From an uncultured Bacteroidaceae bacterium (GTDB taxonomy: Bacteria; Bacteroidota; Bacteroidia; Bacteroidales; SM23-62): DNA of 52,322 bases. Shown piece by piece: positions 1 to 9,982 of the stretch (its first letter is position 1; every line of letters begins with the position of its first letter). Position numbers and translations under genes: made by a program. Under the pieces are notes generated by a model. The model did not search any database. It saw only the letters and a list, made by a program, of their open reading frames with translations, and had not been told where the DNA came from. The stretch is taken from contig CAZILN010000185.1 of the NCBI GenBank assembly GCA_964540005.1, positions 1 to 52,322 on the forward strand, in the 5' to 3' direction.

Positions 1-2085
1 GAGAGCGGGTTGTTTGATGTAGCGGATAAAGAGGGCAGAGATTATAATGATCCGCTTAATACTATTCTTAACAAGCGTCACTGGCTGCGTAAACCTCAAT
101 ATCAATTTTCGTGGGATTGGAATCCGAACATGATAAACATAGGGATAACCGGAGATGTGAGGCTTGAATGGAAAGAAACGGCCCGCCTGGACCAGGTAGT
201 TACCTATGTAAAGATGAATGATGATCTTTCCTCTGCGGAATTAACCATCCGTCCCTTTATTCAGGGCTTATCTGAAAAAACAAACCTTACGGTGGAGGCA
301 ACAATTGCAGAAACCAACCAGAAAGTTATAATTCAGGACACCTTAACAAAGACACTCCGACCATTCGAGCTAACAATGAAAGTGGACAATCCTGAGCTCT
401 GGTGGCCGGTTGGATATGGGGCACCAAACCTGTATACGGTTAAAATAGAGCTTAAGGAAGACGAGAAAGTGATAGATGCCGGTTCGCGGCGTATCGGCTT
501 CCGCAAAATTGAAGTTGACAGGTCATCTCATCCGGTGGCTGGCAACTATTTTACAGTGAAGGTAAATAATCATAAGATTTTCATGAAAGGGGGCAACTGG
601 GTGCCGGCCGATATGATTTACAGCAGTGTTACCAGGAAAAGGCTGGAAAAACTTGTGGACCTGGCTGTAGATGCCAACTTCAACACACTCCGTATATGGG
701 GTGGGGGACAATTTGCCGGTAATGATTTACTCGATCTCTGTGATGAAAGGGGATTGCTGGTATGGCACGATTTCCTTTTTGCCTGTGCCGAATACCCGGG
801 TGACAAGCTTGAGTTTTATAATTCTATCAGGAATGAAGTTACATGGGCTGTACGTGAGTTTGCTCATCATCCTTCGCTTATCATCTGGTGTGGAAATAAT
901 GAGATGGAGTTGGGGACCTTCTCCTGGGGATATGACGCCCGCGGTAAAATTGTACCGGATTATATTTTATATCATCATCTTATTCCCGTAATCGTAAAAA
1001 ACGAAAATCCTGAAATTTTCTACTGGCCAAGCTCACCTTATTCTGAAGACTATGAGGATCCTGTGAGTCCGATAACCGGCGATCAGCATCCATGGAGTGT
1101 TTCGCTGGGATCTGATGATACTGATTTCTATGCCTACCGTAAGTATGTGGATCGTTTTCCGAATGAAGGTGGATTTCTCGGAGCAAGTTCCCCTGCCACC
1201 CTGCGACAGTTTCTGCCTGAAGACGAGCAATATATACGATCCGTAACATGGGATCATCACGATAACTTCGTTAACTTCTGGGGCGACAGAGATATAACCT
1301 ACAGATCCTTTGAGTACTGGCTTGGCAAATCCTATAATCAGGTATCCTTTGATGAATATATATTTGGAAGTGCCCTGCTGCAAGCCGAAGCTTTAACTGA
1401 ATATATCTCAAATTACCATAGAAGAATGTTTAGTTCATCCTGTGCTATCTTCTGGATGTACAACGACAGCTGGCCTGTAACGCACGGCTGGACTATTGTA
1501 GATTATTACAACCGCAAAAAACTGGCCTATCATCCCGTCCGAAGGGCTTTTTCTCAACTATGTGTTTCAGTGACTGAAGAAGCCGGTAATATAAATGTGT
1601 ATGGCATTAACGACAAAGCTGAAGAATGGCAGGGTACATTACAGTATGGTATTTTCAGAACAGAAGGAGGTTATTTAATCAATGAAAATAAAGAAGTGAC
1701 CCTGGCTGCAAATGCTTCAACTCTTATCGCTACATTTGATAAAAGTACTTACGAAAAGGCAGGATACACAGATCACGGGGCTTTCGCGGTACTTAAAAAG
1801 AATGACATTCCCCTTGCTCAGTACAAGATGCTGATGGAGAAATTTAGGAATATAGAATTCAAGAAACCACAGATAAGCATTAATTATGAGGGAGACAATG
1901 CAATTCTCACTTCTCCGGTATTTGTTTGGGCTGTTTGTATTGATATTGACGGAGAGGCTTCAGTGAAGGATAATTGTTTTGATCTGCTTCCTGATGTTCC
2001 GTATTATGTAAAGCTGGATAAGGGACAGAAGGTATCAGTCAAAGAAACAGGCAGCGAGCTAATGTTACAGCTAAATACAAATTAA
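1..2085 (+). CDS. Glycoside hydrolase family 2, beta-mannosidase-like (5' end truncated by the window edge)
   Basis: The frame is open from nt 1, and the TTG at 10 is only the first start-like codon. GH2-type motifs are present: QYQFSWDWNP, NWVPADMIYS, FLFACAEYP and WCGNNEMELG (catalytic Glu context). Roughly 170 N-terminal residues expected in full-length beta-mannosidases are absent. Confidence 0.8.
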   Translation, partial: ESGLFDVADKEGRDYNDPLNTILNKRHWLRKPQYQFSWDWNPNMINIGITGDVRLEWKETARLDQVVTYVKMNDDLSSAELTIRPFIQGLSEKTNLTVEATIAETNQKVIIQDTLTKTLRPFELTMKVDNPELWWPVGYGAPNLYTVKIELKEDEKVIDAGSRRIGFRKIEVDRSSHPVAGNYFTVKVNNHKIFMKGGNWVPADMIYSSVTRKRLEKLVDLAVDANFNTLRIWGGGQFAGNDLLDLCDERGLLVWHDFLFACAEYPGDKLEFYNSIRNEVTWAVREFAHHPSLIIWCGNNEMELGTFSWGYDARGKIVPDYILYHHLIPVIVKNENPEIFYWPSSPYSEDYEDPVSPITGDQHPWSVSLGSDDTDFYAYRKYVDRFPNEGGFLGASSPATLRQFLPEDEQYIRSVTWDHHDNFVNFWGDRDITYRSFEYWLGKSYNQVSFDEYIFGSALLQAEALTEYISNYHRRMFSSSCAIFWMYNDSWPVTHGWTIVDYYNRKKLAYHPVRRAFSQLCVSVTEEAGNINVYGINDKAEEWQGTLQYGIFRTEGGYLINENKEVTLAANASTLIATFDKSTYEKAGYTDHGAFAVLKKNDIPLAQYKMLMEKFRNIEFKKPQISINYEGDNAILTSPVFVWAVCIDIDGEASVKDNCFDLLPDVPYYVKLDKGQKVSVKETGSELMLQLNTN

Positions 2086-2130
2086 AAAGATACCCCTTGT
2101 AAATATTAATTATAAAACAAATAATTTATA

Positions 2131-3408
2131 ATGAAAACCATAAATCGCAGAAGCTTCCTGGCATCTGCTGCTGCCTTTTCAGCAATAAGCATTTTAAAAC
2201 CATCGATAGTATTTGGCTCTAAGTTAAATTCCTCGATCCGGCTGGGAATCATCGGATGTGGAAATCGGGGAACTGATGTTATCACTGATATGGTAAATCA
2301 CACATCAGCTAAAATAATCGCAATGGCTGATCTGTTCGGATACCAGCTGGAAAAAGCCAAGCCCCGGTTTGATCAGCTAAACAAAGATAACGATGGTGTA
2401 GCTGTAGATAAATCGAAGCTTTACCAGGGATCTGAAGCGTACATACAACTGGCAGATAATCCGGATGTAGATGCCATTCTCATCTCATCTCCTGCATATA
2501 CTCATCCCGGGTTTTTGGAGGCGGCCGTTAAGGCCGGGAAACATGTTTATTGTGAGAAACCTGTTGCTCCGGATGTCGATGGATGTCGAAAGATTATTCA
2601 GGCCGGAGAAATAGCACAAGGCAGGCTTAGCATAGCAATCGGGTTTCAAATCAGGCATGCAAGTCCTTATGTGGAAATGGCTGAACGAATCCGCAGGGGG
2701 GATATTGGCGAGGTGGTAAACGTGCAATTGTATTATATATCTTCCGGAAGTGGGAGAAGGGTTCAGCCGGTTGGAGATTCACCGGAAGAATTCATGATCC
2801 GCAACCATTTTCATTTCAGTGAATTGTCTGGTGGGATATTGCTTGACCAGGGAATTCATATGATAGATATCTGTAATTGGATACTGAACGAAAAACCGGA
2901 AAATGCAATCGGCAGGGGCAACCGGAAAGGAGAACCCGATTTTGGGAACACATATACCAACTACCAGGTGGTATACGGGTATCCTGAAGCAAGGAATGTG
3001 AGCGTACATTCCACCCAGGTAGGTCCGAAATTCAGCGATGTCTGTTGCCGGTTTATCGGCTCAAAGGGAATTGCTGAAGCGCATTACAGTCGCGGAGTTT
3101 ATATTGAAGGGGAAAATCAGTGGGATTCCGGTATTTTATGGGGACAGGCACCTGATCCTGAACTAATCGCAGCCGGCGCCTTTTCTGATTCTCTCCATGA
3201 TGCCACTCCAAATAAAGTAAAAGCATTTATAAACAGTATTGAAAGCGGAAATCTTATAAATGAAGCACAATCAGGTGCACGGTCCACCATGTCCGCAATA
3301 ATGGGAAGAATGAGCGCCATTTCAAGGGAGGAAATTAGCTGGGATAAAATGTATTCATCCAATCAAAAGTTCATTATAGATCTGAATCTGGAACAGTTTA
3401 ATAATTAA
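2131..3408 (+). CDS. Gfo/Idh/MocA family oxidoreductase with twin-arginine export signal
   Basis: The N-terminus NRRSFLASAAAFSA is Tat-like. A Rossmann motif GIIGCGNRG and the EKP motif (VYCEKPVA) typical of the family are present. 425 aa. Confidence 0.85.
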   Translation: MKTINRRSFLASAAAFSAISILKPSIVFGSKLNSSIRLGIIGCGNRGTDVITDMVNHTSAKIIAMADLFGYQLEKAKPRFDQLNKDNDGVAVDKSKLYQGSEAYIQLADNPDVDAILISSPAYTHPGFLEAAVKAGKHVYCEKPVAPDVDGCRKIIQAGEIAQGRLSIAIGFQIRHASPYVEMAERIRRGDIGEVVNVQLYYISSGSGRRVQPVGDSPEEFMIRNHFHFSELSGGILLDQGIHMIDICNWILNEKPENAIGRGNRKGEPDFGNTYTNYQVVYGYPEARNVSVHSTQVGPKFSDVCCRFIGSKGIAEAHYSRGVYIEGENQWDSGILWGQAPDPELIAAGAFSDSLHDATPNKVKAFINSIESGNLINEAQSGARSTMSAIMGRMSAISREEISWDKMYSSNQKFIIDLNLEQFNN

Positions 3409-3418
3409 TTATTTGAAT

Positions 3419-4048
3419 ATGAAAAACAAACACATTCTCTATCTGCTGGTTATCCTTGTTCTGATATCAGGATGTAAGCCTAAGTCCAATGAAATTCCAA
3501 AAGAGGAAAATCTTCCAATTGAACTTTTTAATGGTGAAGATCTTTCCGGATGGATTGTATATGGAAATGAAAAATGGTATGTCGAAAACGGTCTCCTGAT
3601 CTGTGAGAGCGGACCGGAAAAGGGATATGGCTACCTTGCAACGGATGCGTATTATAAAGATTTTGACCTGTCGGCTGATTTCAGACAAATATCAAACGGG
3701 AACTCCGGGATTTTCTTCAGATCTACAGTTGAAGGGACAAAAGTATCCGGCTGGCAGGTTGAAGTAGCTCCAAAAGGTCACGATTCCGGTGGTATATATG
3801 AATCCTATGGAAGAGGATGGCTGGTACAGATACCTGAAGAAAAGGAACAATATCTTGAGGAAGGAGCATGGAATACTATGCGTATTAAAGTCACGGGAGC
3901 AGAAGTTACTACCTGGCTTAATGACAACGAAATGATTCACTTGAACGATAGCCTGATCGGGACGGCCGATGGGCGGATTGCCCTCCAGATCCATGACGGA
4001 GGAGGGATTAAGGTTCAATGGAAAAATATTATTGTTACTCCTTTATAG
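3419..4048 (+). CDS. DUF1080 (3-keto-disaccharide hydrolase-like) lipoprotein
   Basis: Lipoprotein signal LVLISGC. Motifs LFNGEDLSGW, GNSGIFFR and IALQIHDGG..VQWKNI are characteristic of the DUF1080 / LamG-like fold. ATG at 3419 is preferred over the TTG at 3413. Confidence 0.8.
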   Translation: MKNKHILYLLVILVLISGCKPKSNEIPKEENLPIELFNGEDLSGWIVYGNEKWYVENGLLICESGPEKGYGYLATDAYYKDFDLSADFRQISNGNSGIFFRSTVEGTKVSGWQVEVAPKGHDSGGIYESYGRGWLVQIPEEKEQYLEEGAWNTMRIKVTGAEVTTWLNDNEMIHLNDSLIGTADGRIALQIHDGGGIKVQWKNIIVTPL

Positions 4049-5000
4049 TCTCAGGACATTTTAATCCTGAGAGTACTTCTTTCGCCCACCCGATATATTC
4101 AGGCCGTTCTTCAAACTGGTAGGCAGCAAATACCCTCAGGCCGGTAAGTTTTCCGGCATTTATCAACTCAACATAGAGTCTCAGGACCGTTTTGAATTCA
4201 TCCTCGGTCAGCCAGCGGCCTCCTTCCGGACCGGATCTCAGGTAGAGTCCCGCGATCATGGGTATATCGGGATGGTGTTCCAGTCCAGCAGCCAGATGTT
4301 CCCTGGCACCTGCCATGAGTTCGGGATCGTTTCCCCATAGGTTCAGGATCACCCCGTCAATGTCGAAGTCAAAAGCATGGCGGCCCTGGTTCCGGTGCGG
4401 GTAATGCGGAACCCATATCATTAAGTCCGGATTAATTCCTTTGGCAGCGGCAATGATTTCACGCCACTGATCTTCTGTACGGTGCCCTTCCTCAACCTCA
4501 TCGTAAAAATCACTCAGGTACAATCCCAGGATACCGGGATGTTCCAGGGATAATTCTGCGATCCACACAGCATGCTTTAAGGATTGTTCATGCGTCCAGC
4601 CCCAGGCTGCCCTTTCGATCTTGGCAAACACATATTTTACGCCAGGTATCTGAAGCAATTTGTACATATGGGTTTCCTCCCAGCTTTGACCGGTATATGC
4701 CTGGTCATGAGACCAGATAAGGTTAAATCCAAGTTCCTTTACCAGATTGGTCGGGTCGACATCCTTCCGGTGGTTCCACAGGGAGATCAGGCATTCCCCA
4801 TCGTATTTTTCAAAAGACTGAGTACCGGCAATGGACTTATCAGAAAGTTTTTCCGGCACCACAGCAACTGTTAACACTTCTTCTGCAGGAAAATTGCCGG
4901 ATGTTGAGGACTGAGACTGTGCGCCGACAACTGACAGTCCGGATATAAAGAGTCCCAGTGCAAAGAAGATGATCAGGAGTTTGTTTTTGTCAGGTCTCAT
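4035..5000 (-). CDS. Secreted hypothetical protein, possibly a TIM-barrel glycosidase-like fold
   Basis: 321-aa ORF with an N-terminal signal peptide (LLIIFFALGLFISGLSVVGAQ). I recognise no family motif. Its 3' end overlaps the convergent DUF1080 gene by 14 nt. Confidence 0.55.
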   Translation of the reverse strand: MRPDKNKLLIIFFALGLFISGLSVVGAQSQSSTSGNFPAEEVLTVAVVPEKLSDKSIAGTQSFEKYDGECLISLWNHRKDVDPTNLVKELGFNLIWSHDQAYTGQSWEETHMYKLLQIPGVKYVFAKIERAAWGWTHEQSLKHAVWIAELSLEHPGILGLYLSDFYDEVEEGHRTEDQWREIIAAAKGINPDLMIWVPHYPHRNQGRHAFDFDIDGVILNLWGNDPELMAGAREHLAAGLEHHPDIPMIAGLYLRSGPEGGRWLTEDEFKTVLRLYVELINAGKLTGLRVFAAYQFEERPEYIGWAKEVLSGLKCPETIKE

Positions 5001-5261
5001 GTGTTAATAATTTTTAAGTAAGTTTCATAGATATTGTTAATTCTTCAGATAATAATCAACGTGATATTATGAAAAAAAAATAAACTTAACAATTTCCCCA
5101 TATTAACAGAAATTACCCGGGTATCAACCTGACAATTTGATTTCAATGCAAACAGATAATGATATAAAGACAAATAAAGGTATATTTAAAGTTACATCGC
5201 TTCAATATCTGCTTACTTCAAAATTTGCAAATATTTAATCCAACAAACCAATAAAAATACC

Positions 5262-6950
5262 ATGAACAATTTCCGGCCTTTTTTTGTAGCAATAATACTG
5301 GTTGCAGTTTACAGTTGTGGCCAAAACGAGAATTATTATTCAGATCAGGCACCTTACCTGGAAAAACAAGGGACCGCTACCCGGCTTATTGTTGAAGGGG
5401 AACCATTCCTGATGATCTCCGGTGAACTGCATAACTCTACGGCGGGGGGATTTAATTATATGCGGCCGGTCTGGACTAAGTTAGCTGAAAAGAACCTTAA
5501 TTCTGTGATTGCAACAGTTTCCTGGGAACTGGTGGAACCGGAGGAAGGAAAATATGATTTTTCCCTTGTGGATAGTGTGATTCTGGGCGCTCGAGAAGCA
5601 AATCTTAAGGTGGTACTGATCTGGTTTGCCAGCTGGAAAAATGCAGGTTCCGTTTACATTCCATCCTGGGTGAAAAAAGACTACCTGAAATATCCGAGAG
5701 CCAGGGATGAACAGGGTAAACCACTGGAAATTCTCTCAACATTCGGAAAAGCTTCTGCCGAAGCTGATGCCAGGGCTTTTGCAGCCCTGATGCGCCATAT
5801 CAAAGAAGTAGACAGTAATCATCATACGGTTGTAATGATGCAGGTTGAAAATGAAATTGGCGTACTTGATAACCTGGGAAGTACTCCCGGTAATGCGAGA
5901 AGGGATTTCAATGATCCTGCCAACGCAGCCTTTAATGGTCCGGTACCCGGTGCATTGATGGAATATCTGCTTGAACAGAAGGAGAAGCTTTTTCCGGAAT
6001 TACATAAAGTATGGGGGGAAAATGGATTTAAGGCTTCCGGAACCTGGGAAGAAGTATTCGGTAAAAGTATTTTCAGACCTGATCCCGTGGACTGGAAATA
6101 TTACTCGTATTATACTGAAGAACTTTTTATGGCCTGGCATTATGCAAGGTATATCGAAACAATTGCCGCATCCGGCAAGAAGGAGTATCCACTGCCCATG
6201 TTCGTGAATGCATGGTTAAAACAACCTGATACATTCTGGCCCGGAAGGTATCCTTCAGGGGGGCCTTTGCCACAGGTACTTGATGTATGGCGGGCGGGAG
6301 CCCCGTCAATTGATTTCATAGCTCCTGATATTTATACGGATGAGTTTATCTGGGTATGTGAAGAATTTACCAGGAGCGGTAATCCGTTGTTTATACCTGA
6401 AACAAGAGGGGGGAGAGTAGGAGCTGCCAGGGTGTTCTATGCCATCGGGGAACACGATGCATCATGTTTTGCCCCCTTCGGCATCGACAATGCCCGATAC
6501 TCTGAGAGGGATCCCCTGGATGAGAGTTATGCGGTATTGAATATGATGTCACCTATTATTCTTAAAAACCAGGGTATGGGAACCATGAGAGGGATACTGG
6601 TAAACACCGGTTCTCCTGTTCAACAATTCGAATTGGGAGATTATATCATTGAAGCCAGACTCGCAAGGGGTCCGGATACGGAAATAGCCGGTGGCCTTAT
6701 CATACAAACAGGCCAGCAGGAATACATTTGTGCCGGCAGATCCCTGGATGTATTTTTTATCCCGAAAGATGATTCAATGCGTGTGGCTGTGGATGCTGTG
6801 GATGAAGGAAGTTTTGAAGACGGGGAGTGGATCACTGAAAGAAGGTTGAATGGAGACGAAGTCCATGCAAGTACATGGTCCGGGACAGGCCTGAAGATTC
6901 CGGGACACCAGGTAAGTATTCAGAGAATTTCTCTGTACCGCTATAAATAA
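5262..6950 (+). CDS. GH35/GH42-like glycoside hydrolase with DUF5597-type C-terminal domain (probable beta-galactosidase-like)
   Basis: Signal/lipoprotein N-terminus (VAVYSCG). PYLEKQGTATRLIVEGEPFLMISGELHNS and MMQVENEIG (catalytic Glu context) match the TIM-barrel beta-galactosidase-like family as I remember it. Confidence 0.65.
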   Translation: MNNFRPFFVAIILVAVYSCGQNENYYSDQAPYLEKQGTATRLIVEGEPFLMISGELHNSTAGGFNYMRPVWTKLAEKNLNSVIATVSWELVEPEEGKYDFSLVDSVILGAREANLKVVLIWFASWKNAGSVYIPSWVKKDYLKYPRARDEQGKPLEILSTFGKASAEADARAFAALMRHIKEVDSNHHTVVMMQVENEIGVLDNLGSTPGNARRDFNDPANAAFNGPVPGALMEYLLEQKEKLFPELHKVWGENGFKASGTWEEVFGKSIFRPDPVDWKYYSYYTEELFMAWHYARYIETIAASGKKEYPLPMFVNAWLKQPDTFWPGRYPSGGPLPQVLDVWRAGAPSIDFIAPDIYTDEFIWVCEEFTRSGNPLFIPETRGGRVGAARVFYAIGEHDASCFAPFGIDNARYSERDPLDESYAVLNMMSPIILKNQGMGTMRGILVNTGSPVQQFELGDYIIEARLARGPDTEIAGGLIIQTGQQEYICAGRSLDVFFIPKDDSMRVAVDAVDEGSFEDGEWITERRLNGDEVHASTWSGTGLKIPGHQVSIQRISLYRYK

Positions 6951-7052
6951 AATAATTGTTCTGGCTAAACCGGCTCTCAAATTACCTCCATGCTCATGAT
7001 GAATACAACAGAGAATGTCAGCCTGCCATAAATAGCCGGATATTATCTTGTT

Positions 7053-8027
7053 TCACCTTCTTTTCCATGATGCTTTTACCAATTGTCCGGATTTTATTGC
7101 CTGTTTTAGAATAAGCAGGCCAATTATTATTTGGATGGCCAAAGAAATATATGACAGCTCAACTCCGTATTCTCCACCTGTAATCCATTGTGGTCCTGTT
7201 ACTACAGAGGTAATGAATCCATCCTGTACCATACCTGAATTATTCATTCCAAATACTCCAGCCTGAAAAAAGTTCCAGCTAAAATGGAGGGCCCAGATAA
7301 ACCATATCCTTCGTGTGAGGATAAAAGGTGCCAACAGAAAAATATGTGCAACAGCTGTAACCAGCGAACTTTGAACAGAGGCATTGTCATTTCCTAAATG
7401 TAACAACCCGAACAGCAATGAGGTGACAACAATTGAAACTTTCGATCCAGCGAATTCTTCTACCAATTTGAAGAAGATCAATGTAAAGATTAATTCCTCA
7501 ATAAAAGCTCCTATGCTGTATCTGAATATCCCGGTAATAAGAATAAATACTGAATTTACATGTTCTGCCCTGTAAAATCCCAAAACTGATAATAAGAGAA
7601 CCAAAAATACTATAACTCCGGATCCTGTTGCTAATCCGACAGCGTACTCAGGGATCCATTTACCTGTACTAAACTCCAGTGCTTTCCTGTTTTCTATATA
7701 CCTGGTGTACAATGAATAGGCAAAATACAGGAGAATGATCAGGATGATTGTTTCGATAAAGTATAATATGCTGTTTAAAGGTTCCTCTGTACCGTTCAGA
7801 ACATATTTAATAAAAATGATATGAAGGATGAATACCGGCGATAAGAAAATGAAGGCAATTATGATTCTGAGCAAAGGGGATAAAATGAATTTTGACCATG
7901 CCTTCTTTGGAATTCTCTGTGAGAGAATCTCATTTGCCTTTATTAGTGGTCTCATAATTGTAAGTAACTTGTATTTCTGAATAGAATGAATTATTATACC
8001 GCTGCAAATTTGACAAGGGATAAGCAA
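7053..8027 (-). CDS. CPBP family intramembrane glutamic endopeptidase (CAAX protease-like)
   Basis: Polytopic membrane protein with the CPBP motifs EELIFTLIFFK (EExxxR-like), FGLLHL (FxxxH) and HFSWNF (HxxxN). The true start may be the ATG at 7955 (MRPLIKANE). Confidence 0.75.
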   Translation of the reverse strand: MLIPCQICSGIIIHSIQKYKLLTIMRPLIKANEILSQRIPKKAWSKFILSPLLRIIIAFIFLSPVFILHIIFIKYVLNGTEEPLNSILYFIETIILIILLYFAYSLYTRYIENRKALEFSTGKWIPEYAVGLATGSGVIVFLVLLLSVLGFYRAEHVNSVFILITGIFRYSIGAFIEELIFTLIFFKLVEEFAGSKVSIVVTSLLFGLLHLGNDNASVQSSLVTAVAHIFLLAPFILTRRIWFIWALHFSWNFFQAGVFGMNNSGMVQDGFITSVVTGPQWITGGEYGVELSYISLAIQIIIGLLILKQAIKSGQLVKASWKRR

Positions 8028-8236
8028 TTGGAAAAATAAACTTTTTGTTTTGCCTGTTTCTGCTGACGAACAAACAAAACAGGATTAAAACATCGGTTCG
8101 CATGTTTTTTTTGCTTTATAGGTGTTAAAATGAGTTTCTTTAACACTTCAATCCGGCTATATACTCGATTTTTAAAATTTTAAACCACAGGTATGCCTAC
8201 CATACCTACATCTGGGGTTTCTTTTTTATAGTATTT

Positions 8237-9163
8237 GTGTTTTTAGGATCAGATAGGTTTCGCGATGTAACTTACGGTTTACGAATGAGTTTTGCATTTA
8301 TTTTGCCCTGGATGATTGCAACCTACGCCCATTTCTTTCTACATACCCGTTTTTTCAACAGGCGCCAATATTATATTTACATCCTGTTAATTATTCCATT
8401 AGTAATAATCTGTGGATTCCTGTCTGAATTATCGGTTGATAAGATCATGTATGAAAGTGAATATGAGAGATCGGGTTACTTCGATATTATAATAGTAATT
8501 GCATTTACGACAGGATTGAGATATTTCAGGAGAGGAGTAAATCAGCAATACAGATTGCAGGAAATGGAAGCAAAGCAGTTAAAAGCTGAGTTAAGCCTCC
8601 TTAAAAGCCAGGTAAATCCACACTTCCTGTTTAACACTCTGAATAATCTATTTTCCATTGCTCAGAAAAATGATGATGAAGAAACGGCACAAGGATTGAT
8701 AAAGCTTTCTCAATTAATGAGATATATGATTTATGAAAGCAACGCAGAATTCGTAAGCCTTGAAAAGGAAATTAATTATATTGAAGATTACATTGAACTT
8801 CAGAAAATCAGGGTTAACAGCCAGGAATTTCCGAAAATTAAGCTGGACATTACCGGTACATATAAAGCAATATTTATTAGTCCGATGATACTGATACCAT
8901 TTATTGAAAACGCTTTTAAATACGGCATGAGTGCTGAGGACCAGAACTTAATAGACATATTTCTTGGTATTGAAGGTGGTATACTTAAGCTCAGGGTAAA
9001 AAACACCATAAGCAATTTTACAAACGAATCCGATAATATGAACTCGGGAATTGGTCTGAATAATGTAAAAAGAAGACTTGAATTAATTTATCCAGCAAGA
9101 CACATTCTTTCCATACAATCTGACCGTACATTATTCGAAGTTGATTTAAGGATAGAAATATAA
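8237..9163 (+). CDS. LytS-type sensor histidine kinase
   Basis: N-terminal TM helices followed by the His_kinase motif VNPHFLFNTLNNL and a C-terminal ATPase region (GIGLNNVKRRLEL). GTG start at 8237; ATG at 8285 is an alternative. Confidence 0.8.
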   Translation: MFLGSDRFRDVTYGLRMSFAFILPWMIATYAHFFLHTRFFNRRQYYIYILLIIPLVIICGFLSELSVDKIMYESEYERSGYFDIIIVIAFTTGLRYFRRGVNQQYRLQEMEAKQLKAELSLLKSQVNPHFLFNTLNNLFSIAQKNDDEETAQGLIKLSQLMRYMIYESNAEFVSLEKEINYIEDYIELQKIRVNSQEFPKIKLDITGTYKAIFISPMILIPFIENAFKYGMSAEDQNLIDIFLGIEGGILKLRVKNTISNFTNESDNMNSGIGLNNVKRRLELIYPARHILSIQSDRTLFEVDLRIEI

Positions 9164-9171
9164 TCGATGAC

Positions 9172-9888
9172 ATGAACTGTATAGCAGTAGATGATGAACC
9201 CCGGGCAATTGATGTTATAAAAAACTATAGCTCAAAGATTACATTTATAACTCTTGTCGGGTCCTTTACCAGTTCGTTAAGGGTCATTGATTATTTACAG
9301 AATCACGAAGTTGATTTGATTTTTCTTGATATTGAGATGCCAAACCTGAACGGTCTTGATTTTCTCAGGTCTCTCGAAAATCAGCCAATGGTAATTTTTA
9401 CAACTGCGTATTCAGAATTTGCGATAGATAGTTTTGAATTTAATGTAGTGGATTATCTGCTAAAACCAATAGATTTCAACCGGTTCTTTAAAGCAGTTAA
9501 CAAGGCGTACAAAAAATATAAGCTGATACAATCAGGATCAAAGCAGGCAAATACGGTCACAGATAGTAACAACAATTATGAATTTATTTTAGTAAAAAGC
9601 GGAACTAAAATACATAAAATCGTAAAGGAAGAAATTCTGTATATCCAGAGTGACAGCAATTATGTTTACTTCATAACACAAGCAGGAAGAGTCATTTCTG
9701 TTTTCACCATGAAACAGGTCCTGGCCCTTTTATCAGATGAAAATTTTATCCGCATTCACAAATCGTATATCATCAACATTCGCCGGATTGATCTGATTGA
9801 AAAACACCAGGTAAAAATCGGTGAGAACAAAATTCCTATTGGTTACAGCTACCGTGAACATTTCTTCAGCAAAATAAACCTGAAGTAA
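9172..9888 (+). CDS. LytTR family response regulator
   Basis: Receiver domain (DDEP, DLIFLDIEMP, YLLKP) plus a C-terminal LytTR DNA-binding domain (FIRIHKSYIIN). It lies 8 nt downstream of the kinase. Confidence 0.88.
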   Translation: MNCIAVDDEPRAIDVIKNYSSKITFITLVGSFTSSLRVIDYLQNHEVDLIFLDIEMPNLNGLDFLRSLENQPMVIFTTAYSEFAIDSFEFNVVDYLLKPIDFNRFFKAVNKAYKKYKLIQSGSKQANTVTDSNNNYEFILVKSGTKIHKIVKEEILYIQSDSNYVYFITQAGRVISVFTMKQVLALLSDENFIRIHKSYIINIRRIDLIEKHQVKIGENKIPIGYSYREHFFSKINLK

Positions 9889-9982
9889 ATACTAATCATT
9901 CAACAGTATTGTAATCCATAAATTTATAATCCGGTGATAATAATTACTATATTGCCCGGCTCAGGAGAACAAAATATGCTTA

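Noticed and set aside
8122-8207. Two small hairpins in the divergent CPBP / LytS intergenic region: GTGTTAAA-N9-TTTAACAC at 8122-8146 and AGGTATG-N5-CATACCT at 8189-8207.
   Set aside because: The stems are short and AT-rich and could arise by chance in a 209-nt AT-rich promoter region. No second copy or recognisable operator consensus was found, so they are noted only as possible LytTR or promoter elements.
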